A DNA stretch of 48,653 nt from Candidatus Hermodarchaeota archaeon (GTDB lineage: Archaea; Asgardarchaeota; Hermodarchaeia; Hermodarchaeales; Hermodarchaeaceae), in contig JAEOUH010000020.1 in assembly GCA_016839365.1 (NCBI GenBank), positions 1 to 48,653 on the forward strand, in the 5' to 3' direction. Both the position numbers and the translations under genes were made by a program. This document shows positions 10,733 to 19,508 of this stretch, piece by piece. Each line of letters begins with the position of its first letter. Position 1 is the first letter of the stretch. Under the pieces are notes generated by a model. The model saw nothing but the letters and a program-made list of their open reading frames with translations, made no database searches and was not told where the DNA came from.

Positions 10733-11236
10733 ATGTCCTATGAAAAAGAAGTCCGTGACCATCGGAAAACACTCGAAAAACTTCTTGAGGATACCGCCAA
10801 AACTTTAGAAAGCCCACCAAATGTTATCGCACAAAACAACCTGATTGTTCTGAAATCAATCCTTGAAAAAGCCCTCATGGTGGCGGACGAAGCTCTCCGT
10901 GCGGTAAATCTCCAACCTATTGAAGTCGAAGAAGTTCTTGATCGCTTTTCCCAAAACTCCGATCAATACGGCACAAACCCGGCATTGGACGAGGTAGATG
11001 CCATGAAACGCGAAATAGAACGCTTGTCTCGAGCGGTAGACATCTTACAAGCCATGCGAAAACGCCGGGAACTATCTCATCGACTCGTCGGGCATGATCC
11101 ACGGCTTATGGGCCCTTGGGCGCGATGGATTCGCACCCTGGAAGGATATAAGATCAATCAAGACCTTAGCCCGAAACACCGGGAAAACCTCTTGGCAGAC
11201 ATCGATGAATGGCGCACTATCTTGGCTGGCACCTAA
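10733..11236 (+). CDS. Hypothetical alpha-helical/coiled-coil protein
   Basis: 167-aa ORF filling the gap before a tRNA, AGGT RBS, heptad-like composition. Confidence 0.7.
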   Translation: MSYEKEVRDHRKTLEKLLEDTAKTLESPPNVIAQNNLIVLKSILEKALMVADEALRAVNLQPIEVEEVLDRFSQNSDQYGTNPALDEVDAMKREIERLSRAVDILQAMRKRRELSHRLVGHDPRLMGPWARWIRTLEGYKINQDLSPKHRENLLADIDEWRTILAGT

Positions 11237-11320
11237 AAGAACAATTTCACCATACTGCTTTCTTTTTAGGAGAAGCCTTTAAATCCCATATTTTACCCCT
11301 ACAAGAGATACTAACATTCT

Positions 11321-11397
11321 GGGCCCGTGGCCTAGTAGGATATGGCGCCGGATTGCGGATCCGGAGATCCGGGGTTCAAATCCCTGCGGGCCCGCCA
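11321..11397 (+). tRNA. tRNA-Arg(GCG), CCA encoded, no intron
   Basis: GGGCCCG...CGGGCCC-G-CCA acceptor stem; anticodon arm CCGGA-TTGCGGA-TCCGG; GGTTCAAATCC T arm. Confidence 0.95.
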
Positions 11398-11409
11398 TGC
11401 TCTCCGAAG

Positions 11410-12594
11410 TTATTCAATGCAAATAAGTTCGGTTTGTGGTGTTGACAAGAACCTACAACCGTTTTTCGTTACCACAATGTTCTCTTCAAGGCTAACCTGT
11501 CCATAATCCTTGGTGGTCACATATAATTCCAAGGTGAAGACGTGGCCTGATTCGACAAATCCCTTTGGGCTAGAGCCGTATCGATCCCACAACGGTCCTA
11601 GGAGTGTCCCTCCATCATGAGCCTCTTGTCCAATTTGGTGGCCTAAGGCGTGTTGATATTCCTCATATCCTTGATCCTGAACAAAGTCTCGGGCAACGGT
11701 ATCAACTTCGAATCCTCGAACACCAGGTCTAATAAATTTGGAGGCCTGTTTAATGGCATCACGAACCGTTTCAAAGGCTACTTGTACTACTTCAGGGATG
11801 TCACGAGGTGAACCGAAGAAGAACATGCGTTGTAAATCTGAGCAATACCCTTGATAGCGAACACCAAAATCAAAATGTAGCAGATGCCCCAACTTGGTTT
11901 TATTATTAGTTGGTCCCGCATGACCAAACTGCTTATTGGGACCTGCGTCAACGGCCGGGTTATGGTCAAATCCCCAAGCAAAGGTGACATCATGTTCTTT
12001 CATGCGTTCATGAAAGAAATGGTAGATTTCTAGTTCGGTTTGCCCGACCCGGACAAACTTTTGTGCTTCCTGATAAATTTTCTCTGTGAGCGTTACTGCT
12101 TTTTGAATACGTCGAAGTTCTTCCGCAGTTTTTCTCCCTCGCAACTTAATGAGTAGTGGTTCTGCACTTGTAATGCGCTTTTCATAAGGTGTTCCTCTGA
12201 GGTATTCAATCAGCAAGTTATACATCCCATAAGTCAATCCATCAGCGGCCACATCATCACGGCTAAAGTTCACCCCAAGGGTCTTCGGGTTCAATTTGTC
12301 AAGAGTTAGTCGAAGGGTTTCACGAATGCTTTTGGTATAAGGGATAATCTCATGGAAGACCTTCAAAGGTTCAATCCCCGCGGCATCAAGATTCCCAACA
12401 ATAGCAATTCGCTCTCCTGTCTTCGAGAAAATCAGCGCTGATTCCCAAACTAAGTCAACGCCTAATACTAAAGTCAAAACCGGATCTGCCATCAGTTTCG
12501 TTTCTCGAACCCAAATCATCCAGGCATCCAAGTCCAATTCCTTCAGAAGGTCAGAGGCCTGCTGACTTTTCTCCTGGATAAGGGTAGCCTTCAT
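11410..12594 (-). CDS. Xaa-Pro aminopeptidase (M24B), intact active site
   Basis: HFDFG..YQGYCSD, HALGHQIG..AH, TLE, SLEE: all five metal ligands present. Confidence 0.9.
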   Translation of the reverse strand: MKATLIQEKSQQASDLLKELDLDAWMIWVRETKLMADPVLTLVLGVDLVWESALIFSKTGERIAIVGNLDAAGIEPLKVFHEIIPYTKSIRETLRLTLDKLNPKTLGVNFSRDDVAADGLTYGMYNLLIEYLRGTPYEKRITSAEPLLIKLRGRKTAEELRRIQKAVTLTEKIYQEAQKFVRVGQTELEIYHFFHERMKEHDVTFAWGFDHNPAVDAGPNKQFGHAGPTNNKTKLGHLLHFDFGVRYQGYCSDLQRMFFFGSPRDIPEVVQVAFETVRDAIKQASKFIRPGVRGFEVDTVARDFVQDQGYEEYQHALGHQIGQEAHDGGTLLGPLWDRYGSSPKGFVESGHVFTLELYVTTKDYGQVSLEENIVVTKNGCRFLSTPQTELICIE

Positions 12595-12676
12595 TGATTC
12601 AATCACCTTCACGTACACAGTTGGCGGGGGAAACTTTTATCCATACTGACACGAGATTTGCCGAGTATAACTGAAA

Positions 12677-14107
12677 TTGTATAGGATGGCGTTAGCCTTG
12701 GCTAAGTACTTACTCATTGACTCAAAAGGTGTTGAAAAGCCGCTTGACTTAGACAATTTGGATAGCCATGAAGCTATCCACGGGGAACTTCGCACCTTCA
12801 TTGAGACAGAAGAACTTGGCCGACCAGCAAAAGGGGAACCTCCTCATATTCGAATTATGCGCCAACTGGAACTCATCGATTACGAACCCGCTTCTGATGT
12901 AGGCCATTTCAAGTTCTTCCCCAAGGGTTCTTTATTGAAAGAACTGATGGAAGATTATGTGACCGAAATTGCTGTTGAATTGATTGGTGCAATGCGCATT
13001 GAAACCCCTCTGATGTACCGGATCAGCCAAAAAGATATTGCAGAACAAGCAGAGAAGTTCCTTGAGAAAGATTATCGCATTAAACTCAGCAAAGACAAAG
13101 AACTGCTTCTCCGTTTCGCAGGAGACTTTGGCCTATTTTCCACAATGAAAAACGTACAGATGTCTCAACGACAGCTCCCCATTCGGGTCTTTGAATTATC
13201 ACCTTCGTTTCGGCTAGAGAAGCGAGGTGAATGCGTGGGACTCCGACGCCTTCGAGCCTTCACGATGCCTGACATTCATTGTTTCTGTGCCAATTATGAA
13301 CAAGGCAAAGAGGACTTTGCCATGATCACGAAAAACTATGATATTCTAATTCGTGGTCTTGGAATCAACTACATCCTCGTCTTCCGTGTCGTCGAAGAAT
13401 TTTATGACCAGACTAAGGATCTCTTACTGAGTCTTGCAGAGGACTTGAAACGTCCAATCCTAGTTGAACTTCTTCCTGAGATGAGCCACTACTGGAACGT
13501 GAAAAACGAATTCCAATTTGTTGATGCAGCAGAAGGCTCAGGGCAATTGAGTACTGTCCAGCTTGACGTTAGCGATGCAGAACGTTATGGTATCACCTAC
13601 ACCAATGAGGCGGGTGAAGAGGTAGGCTGCATCATCGTTCATACCAGTATCGGTAGCCTAGAACGACTCATTTATGGACTTCTAGAGAGCGCTGCCAAAC
13701 GCCAACAAGAAGGCCACCTTCCAATGCTTCCAGTCTGGCTTTCACCAGTACAAGTACTCGTTATACCAGTTGCGGATCGACACAAAGAACATGCAGAAAA
13801 AACTGCAGATAAATTACGTGCTCACAACGTGCGTGCGGTAATTGATGATCGAGGAAAAACCGTGGGGTGGAAGGTTCGTAATGCGGGACAACAATGGGTA
13901 CCCTTTGTCGCCGTAATCGGAGACAAAGAAATGAAGGCCGCTAAATTACCTGTCACTATTCGTGAGAAATCAGTAACAAAAAATACAACGGTTGAATCAC
14001 TTACTCCTTCAGCCTTAGCGAAAATTATCAATGAAGCAAGTAAAGGCAAACCTTTCCGACAGCTGACCCTACCTAAGCATATGTCTATGTGGCCTATTTT
14101 CATTTAA
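12677..14107 (+). CDS. thrS: Threonyl-tRNA synthetase, catalytic plus anticodon-binding domains only (no N-terminal editing domain)
   Basis: EPPH, SDVGHFKFFPKG, LRFAGDFG, SFRLEKRGEC.GL.RLRAFTMPDIH, QLSTVQ, HTSIGSLER, LPVWLSPVQ. Confidence 0.93.
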   Translation: MYRMALALAKYLLIDSKGVEKPLDLDNLDSHEAIHGELRTFIETEELGRPAKGEPPHIRIMRQLELIDYEPASDVGHFKFFPKGSLLKELMEDYVTEIAVELIGAMRIETPLMYRISQKDIAEQAEKFLEKDYRIKLSKDKELLLRFAGDFGLFSTMKNVQMSQRQLPIRVFELSPSFRLEKRGECVGLRRLRAFTMPDIHCFCANYEQGKEDFAMITKNYDILIRGLGINYILVFRVVEEFYDQTKDLLLSLAEDLKRPILVELLPEMSHYWNVKNEFQFVDAAEGSGQLSTVQLDVSDAERYGITYTNEAGEEVGCIIVHTSIGSLERLIYGLLESAAKRQQEGHLPMLPVWLSPVQVLVIPVADRHKEHAEKTADKLRAHNVRAVIDDRGKTVGWKVRNAGQQWVPFVAVIGDKEMKAAKLPVTIREKSVTKNTTVESLTPSALAKIINEASKGKPFRQLTLPKHMSMWPIFI

Positions 14108-15528
14108 TCGGCCACAGCCCGGTCACCATTAATTGTCTCAGTTCGTTTTATTTTTGCGATAAAAAAGCCTTCAGTGTTATCCCGATGAGGAAACAATCTC
14201 TGACACGCAGTTAGGCCCTCAAATGCTTCGGAGCCTAGGTGAGGTTCAGTTGGAACCAATTCAAAGGAGGGATGAGCGTCAAGGAAATTGCATATCAAAT
14301 GCTCGTTTTCATCGAGGGTAATGGAGCAAGTGGAATAAACAACATGTCCGTCTGGTTCAACCAGTCGACTCCCTACCTCCAACAGCTTGGATTGGATTTC
14401 AGTAAGGTGCCGAACCTTGTCGGGGGTCATGATCCATTTTGTTTCAGGGCGGGTTTGAATAACTCCGGTGTTACTACAAGGAGGATCGACCAACACAGCA
14501 TTCGCTTGGAAGCTATTTCGAAAAGGAAGATTGAAACTATTAGCAAAAATCACGTGGGTATTTTGAACTCCCAATCGAAGTAAATTGCGTTTCAACTTCT
14601 GAACGCGGTTAGACATATTATCGATTGCTAATATATTTCCTGTGTTGTTCATAAGTTGGGCAAGGTGAGATGTCTTACTTCCAGGGGCGGCGCATATATC
14701 GACAACGATTTCATGAGGATTGGGATTTAGAATCCGAGATACGAGGATACTGGCTAAACTCTGAAGATATATTGCATTCTGTTCATAGGCTTCTGTTTGA
14801 CTAACTGGCTTTTCCCCTCGTTGTATTTTGAAAGCTTCTGAGAGCTCTGGAATGGAGGTGCATAGGAACTCGGCTCTTTCAAGCTCATTGATGGTTTCCT
14901 CGATTGATTGTTTCAGCGTATTCACACGAATTATTACTGACGGGTTTTGTAAAATGGCAGAAAAAAATGCCTGTGCTTCATCTGGTTCGAAAACCTTGTT
15001 GACATAATCAAATAGCCAACGCGGTACTGAATACTTCAGTTCTGGAAGGCCTTGCTCCTGAAAGGATTTGTTAATATTTTCGGAATCAATTCGTTGGATC
15101 TTGCGCAAAACCGCGTTTACGAGCCCAGCGAGACGTTTATTCTTTCGTAACTTGATGATGGTCACAGCCTCATTCGTAGCAAGAGCAGGTGGAACCTCAG
15201 CAAATTGAATAAGGTATGTGGCAACACGTAATGTATTCCGAATAATTGGATCTAAGTCAATAATTTGGCTCTTTTCAAGTACTTGGTTAAGAAGGAAATC
15301 CAGTGTATTGAGCCGTCGAACCGTTTCGAATACAAGACTGTGAATAGCGGTCCGAATTTTCCAGTCGCTTATTTGCCAGTCCTTGGCTAGTTGGTTCATC
15401 GCGGCACGTAGTGATTGTGACTGCTCTTCCCAAATACAAAGAACTTCAGCCGCCGCCTCTTCACGACTAATTTCAGTTTTGGAAGTTTTCGTCGACACGG
15501 TCCTGCTTCTCCTCGCGTTGCCTGGCAA
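14104..15528 (-). CDS. RNA (cytosine-C5)-methyltransferase, RsmB/NOP2 family, with N-terminal NusB-like domain
   Basis: NEAV...GLVNAVLR (NusB-like), IRVNTLK, DICAAPGSKT, DPPCS, YSTCS, EGFFIAK. Confidence 0.9.
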   Translation of the reverse strand: MPGNARRSRTVSTKTSKTEISREEAAAEVLCIWEEQSQSLRAAMNQLAKDWQISDWKIRTAIHSLVFETVRRLNTLDFLLNQVLEKSQIIDLDPIIRNTLRVATYLIQFAEVPPALATNEAVTIIKLRKNKRLAGLVNAVLRKIQRIDSENINKSFQEQGLPELKYSVPRWLFDYVNKVFEPDEAQAFFSAILQNPSVIIRVNTLKQSIEETINELERAEFLCTSIPELSEAFKIQRGEKPVSQTEAYEQNAIYLQSLASILVSRILNPNPHEIVVDICAAPGSKTSHLAQLMNNTGNILAIDNMSNRVQKLKRNLLRLGVQNTHVIFANSFNLPFRNSFQANAVLVDPPCSNTGVIQTRPETKWIMTPDKVRHLTEIQSKLLEVGSRLVEPDGHVVYSTCSITLDENEHLICNFLDAHPSFELVPTEPHLGSEAFEGLTACQRLFPHRDNTEGFFIAKIKRTETINGDRAVAD

Positions 15529-15633
15529 AGGTGAATTATAAAACCTTTCAAGTTTTGGTTTTAGTCACCCCACAAAAGACTAAAAATATAGATAGCATCT
15601 CATGGGTGCAACTATCGCATCGGTTGGGTATTC

Positions 15634-16449
15634 ATGACGACATTATGGGAGGTTATCTCACAAGTGCGTAAACTTGCACCAGCAATGTATGTACCAGAAA
15701 ATGATATTGATGGTGTATTTCTTGGGGTGAGTGATGAAGCAAAGCAGAAACGCATTCGTGTGTCTGCTGTAGACGTTTGTGTAGACATCACATTGCCTGT
15801 AATCGTTCGAGCAGGTGAGCATAAAGCCAGTCTCTTAATTGCGCATAGATCTCCCTTTGTATCCATTATACGTAGTTTCACAGGATTACCTCAACTCCTA
15901 CTTGAGCATTTATTGAAGCGGAAGATCACCGTCTACATCGCCCATTACAACTGGGCTATGGTAGAGGGGGGCATGAATGATGTCTTGGCGTATACTCTCG
16001 GCTTCAAGGTCAATGATGTGTTTCGGGTTCCGCTTCTAGGTGGTAATTATCCTCTTGGACGTACCTGCAGCGTTCCTGAAGAGACAAATTTGAAAACCTT
16101 TATCCAATATGTGTCTAAGCGGCTGAAAGTTCCGTCAATAGATTATGTGGGAAATCTGGACGACGAAGTGGAACGGTTGGTAATCGTTAGTGGAAAAGGG
16201 ATAACTCCTGAGTGGCTACATCTCGCTTGGGTGCAGGGATATGACACATATCTTACTGGTCATATCACTCATGAGCTGGCAACGCAGGCGAGTCAACTCA
16301 AAATCAAACTCGTTGCCGTGCCTCAGCTTACCACCGAAATCCCTGGAATGAGTAGGCTAACTCAGATACTACAGGTCGAATGTCCCCAAGTTACATTTAA
16401 TTTCATTGAACCTACTTTCTCTTACTCCACACTACTCACACAGCCTTAA
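15634..16449 (+). CDS. Nif3/YbgI-like protein with degenerate metal ligands
   Basis: D.DG, CVDIT, LLIAHR, IAHYNW..GGMNDVLA, LGR, YLTGH, TE.PG match the Nif3 pattern. Confidence 0.8.
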   Translation: MTTLWEVISQVRKLAPAMYVPENDIDGVFLGVSDEAKQKRIRVSAVDVCVDITLPVIVRAGEHKASLLIAHRSPFVSIIRSFTGLPQLLLEHLLKRKITVYIAHYNWAMVEGGMNDVLAYTLGFKVNDVFRVPLLGGNYPLGRTCSVPEETNLKTFIQYVSKRLKVPSIDYVGNLDDEVERLVIVSGKGITPEWLHLAWVQGYDTYLTGHITHELATQASQLKIKLVAVPQLTTEIPGMSRLTQILQVECPQVTFNFIEPTFSYSTLLTQP

Positions 16450-16482
16450 TGTGTTTAACTTGTCGAGGAGTTCTGAAAAGCC

Positions 16483-17505
16483 ATGAACAATCCGCTAATT
16501 GTCGATTTAGGAACAGGATTTCTCAAGTATGGCTATCCTCAACAAACCACACCCCATATCATGCCTGCTTATCTCAGAAGCGAAAGGGCTTCCCAAGGCG
16601 ATTCGTATCTCCTTATGCTTGATCCCACACGTTTAAGGAAATTCTTTCCCATGGAAAATGGAAACCTTCCCGATAGCGAAGTGTTGAAACCATTGATGCT
16701 TGATGTCTTTGACCGGATGGCAATTGGGGGATACCAACGGGTAGCAACAGAGCTTCAACTCCTTGTTTTCTCCACAGTTGATCAGAACCGCATCTATGAT
16801 GTGTGTGATAAACTCAGGGAGGATCTCGGCTGTCGGAAGCTTCTTGCAGCCTATCAACAAGTACTCACCCTCTTGTTCCTTGGAAAGCACACGGGAATGG
16901 TTATTGATATTGGTCATACAATTTCAATAGCCACGCCTATATACCAAGGCTTTTTGTTGAGAGAGCTTGTTGAAGATACGGCTGCGGGAAGTCTCTATGT
17001 CACAGCAGCGTTACGCCGAATGTTCGAGGAAAAAGCGAAAGAATCTACGAAATATTCGGATTATGCAAAAATCGCCACTGACATGAAAGCAATAGAATAC
17101 ATCAAACGGAACTTCTGTCAAGTCCGCCCAAATCCCCGCGACAAAAAGGTCCCGAGAGAATGGCAATACCGGCGGAAGGACATCAATGTCTCTTTGGGGG
17201 AAGTCCCATGGAAAGCGACAGAAGTTCTCTTCGATCCATCACTCATTGGGATTGGTGACAAAGGGCTCATCGATGCAGTAGTTGATTCAATTGAACAGGC
17301 GGATATCACTATTCGCCGGGAATTATCAAATGATATAATTCTTAGTGGGGGCGGATCACTGTTTCTTGGGCTTCGAGAGCGGTTTGAACATGAATTGAAA
17401 AAGCGTCTACCCCACCTCCCCGTCAATTGCTACGCATTAGAGGATGCATTGACGAATGCCTGGTCGGGTGCTGCAGCCCTGCACAGGTCACCTGAAAAGG
17501 GCTAA
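16483..17505 (+). CDS. Actin-related protein A (divergent eukaryotic-type actin family)
   Basis: LIVDLGTGFLKYG, FPMENG, YQQVLTL, TGMVIDIG..TPIYQG, EVLFDPSLIG, IILSGGGSLFLGL.ER, AWSGA match actin DNGSG..KAG, YPIEHG, IQAVLSL, DSGDG..PIYEG, EALFQPS, LSGG, WIGG. Confidence 0.9.
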   Translation: MNNPLIVDLGTGFLKYGYPQQTTPHIMPAYLRSERASQGDSYLLMLDPTRLRKFFPMENGNLPDSEVLKPLMLDVFDRMAIGGYQRVATELQLLVFSTVDQNRIYDVCDKLREDLGCRKLLAAYQQVLTLLFLGKHTGMVIDIGHTISIATPIYQGFLLRELVEDTAAGSLYVTAALRRMFEEKAKESTKYSDYAKIATDMKAIEYIKRNFCQVRPNPRDKKVPREWQYRRKDINVSLGEVPWKATEVLFDPSLIGIGDKGLIDAVVDSIEQADITIRRELSNDIILSGGGSLFLGLRERFEHELKKRLPHLPVNCYALEDALTNAWSGAAALHRSPEKG

Positions 17506-17619
17506 TCTACGCTAGACTTAAGCTTCTCTAGGTTCTATTTGTCAAATTATTCACATAAAGCCGTCAATCATGCCTTGGGAATAGAAACTGTTTTCAAACA
17601 TGCTTCCAACACTTCACTT

Positions 17620-18639
17620 GTGAAAGATACCCAAGCCAACCTCATCATTGACCTGGGTAGTGGCTACATGAAATGTGGGTTCTCCGAGCAACCGGAGCCC
17701 ATAGTCATTCCTGCTGCTTTCAAGAATCCCAAACCAGGCAATGATAGGTCGATATTCAGCGATTTTGATCCAGGGCGCCGCGCTTGGGTGTTTCCTCTCG
17801 AAAATGGGTTACTCCCCCAAGATACATCTCAGCTGATTCACCTATGTAATCTCGCATTAGAGCAGTTCCCCATGATGAACAAGCAGCGCGAGAAACTCCA
17901 ACTAACACTATTGCTATTTCCTCAGGTAAAAACCGAACAGGTAACCGCGATATGTAAGGAGTTGCAAGAAGCGCTCGGGTGCCTACATGTTGAGGCTGCG
18001 ATTCAACAAATCTTGACATGGGGCTGCTGGGGACGAAAAACCGGACTGATAGTCGATATCGGATATACAATCACGTTTGTCACTCCGATTTATCGGGGAT
18101 TTCTATTGGAAGAGGAGATTCTTCCATTGGTTACCGGTAGTTTCTTCGTATCCGCAGAAATCCGAAAACTCCTCCTCCACAAAGTCGAGACATCACCGGC
18201 TGAGCTTACCTCATACTACAATCGGCTTGCAACAAATGGAAGTGCAATACGCTCCATTAAACAATCACATTGTCAAGTATTTCCTATGGCCGTAGACGAT
18301 GTCTTCGAAGATAACATCGATTTCGCCTTTAAAGGGGTTAACCTACCACTTGGTCCTCTTCCTTGGCAAGCCCCAGAGGTATTGTTTCAACCGACACTTC
18401 TTGGAGTTGGAGACAAAGGCTTAACTGAGGCAGTTATAGATGTATTACAAGGAGTAGATCCTACAGTGCGCGCTGAACTAGCCTCAAATATCGTCTTCGC
18501 AGGCGGAGGGTCCATGATACCCGGTCTAGCGACCCGCTTAGAAACGGATATCAAATCCCATATTCCTCACCTAACTGTCAAGGTTTATGACCTTGAATAT
18601 CCACTCTACAGTAGTTGGCTAGGCGCCGCAAAAATGTAA
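17620..18639 (+). CDS. Actin-related protein B (paralog of the upstream gene); start probably GTG 17620, ORF open from 17539
   Basis: LIIDLGSGYMKCGF, FPLENG, AIQQIL, TGLIVDIG..TPIYRG, PEVLFQPTLLG, ELASNIVFAGGGSMIPGL..RL, SWLGA. Confidence 0.9.
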   Translation: MKDTQANLIIDLGSGYMKCGFSEQPEPIVIPAAFKNPKPGNDRSIFSDFDPGRRAWVFPLENGLLPQDTSQLIHLCNLALEQFPMMNKQREKLQLTLLLFPQVKTEQVTAICKELQEALGCLHVEAAIQQILTWGCWGRKTGLIVDIGYTITFVTPIYRGFLLEEEILPLVTGSFFVSAEIRKLLLHKVETSPAELTSYYNRLATNGSAIRSIKQSHCQVFPMAVDDVFEDNIDFAFKGVNLPLGPLPWQAPEVLFQPTLLGVGDKGLTEAVIDVLQGVDPTVRAELASNIVFAGGGSMIPGLATRLETDIKSHIPHLTVKVYDLEYPLYSSWLGAAKM

Positions 18640-18652
18640 AGAAGGAAAGACT

Positions 18653-19042
18653 ATGACGGACACTGTTACCGTGAAAGAAGCCATTGCAAAAGTCGAAAAG
18701 GGGCTTGATGAACTCGGGGAACAACTCAAAGCTACTCAATCATCAATTGAGCAGCTTGGACAAAATCTTTCAGCACAGATGGAGCAAACAGCGAAACAAG
18801 CAAATATGGCTGCAGAAGAGATTCACCGTGATGTAACCACTTTCCGCGAACAACGTCAACTGGTCGAAACCCAGCTTCTTGCCGAGGTGGAACGAGCCAA
18901 AGAACTCAGCAACCTCAAGGATATTGAAGAAGCTATTCGAGTTATTATTGAAATCGTCGATGAATTGACGAATCGCATTAATCTTGATGATGTCCTCCAA
19001 GCAGTAAAAGAATTCGAGGCTTCGAGGAAACAAGGAAAATAA
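18653..19042 (+). CDS. Coiled-coil hypothetical protein
   Basis: 129 aa, continuous heptad pattern, 13 nt downstream of actin-related gene B. Confidence 0.75.
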   Translation: MTDTVTVKEAIAKVEKGLDELGEQLKATQSSIEQLGQNLSAQMEQTAKQANMAAEEIHRDVTTFREQRQLVETQLLAEVERAKELSNLKDIEEAIRVIIEIVDELTNRINLDDVLQAVKEFEASRKQGK

Positions 19043-19059
19043 AAAAGGTGTATACACAT

Positions 19060-19503
19060 ATGACTGAACAACCTCCACCTCCACCTGCACCTCCTTCAGA
19101 CCAACCTGCTGCAGGTGATGAATCCCTTATTCCCTTTGTGACCCAAGCATTCAACAATCTTTTCACTAGATTGGGTACCCTTACTCAAGAAGTGTCTAAC
19201 CTTAAGGAAACAATCAATCACATTGATCAACTCGTCAAAGCCCGCTTAGAAACAATTGAGCCACAATTTCAGGAGCTCTTGTCAAATCTCCGCGAACAAC
19301 GACGCAGTAGTGTTACCCACTATTCCCAGCTTGCAGCTACTATTGCACAAGGCTTTGAATCACTCGGTGATTTAAGAACCTCTTCTGCAGATGCACAAGC
19401 CTTAGAATTACTTACTGAAACTTTACAAGCTGCACAAGACGCTTTATACTGCTTACGCATTGAACGTCTTGTCCGGCGCTATCTTGAGCTACAAAAGAAA
19501 TAA
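19060..19503 (+). CDS. Coiled-coil protein with N-terminal polyproline tract
   Basis: AGGTG RBS then ATG 19060; MTEQPPPPPAPPS followed by heptad repeats. Confidence 0.75.
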   Translation: MTEQPPPPPAPPSDQPAAGDESLIPFVTQAFNNLFTRLGTLTQEVSNLKETINHIDQLVKARLETIEPQFQELLSNLREQRRSSVTHYSQLAATIAQGFESLGDLRTSSADAQALELLTETLQAAQDALYCLRIERLVRRYLELQKK

Positions 19504-19508
19504 TGCCA

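Noticed and set aside
14104-15528. Bacterial-style NusB-RsmB fusion as evidence of recent transfer
   Set aside because: Composition matches neighbouring core genes; cannot be supported without a phylogeny
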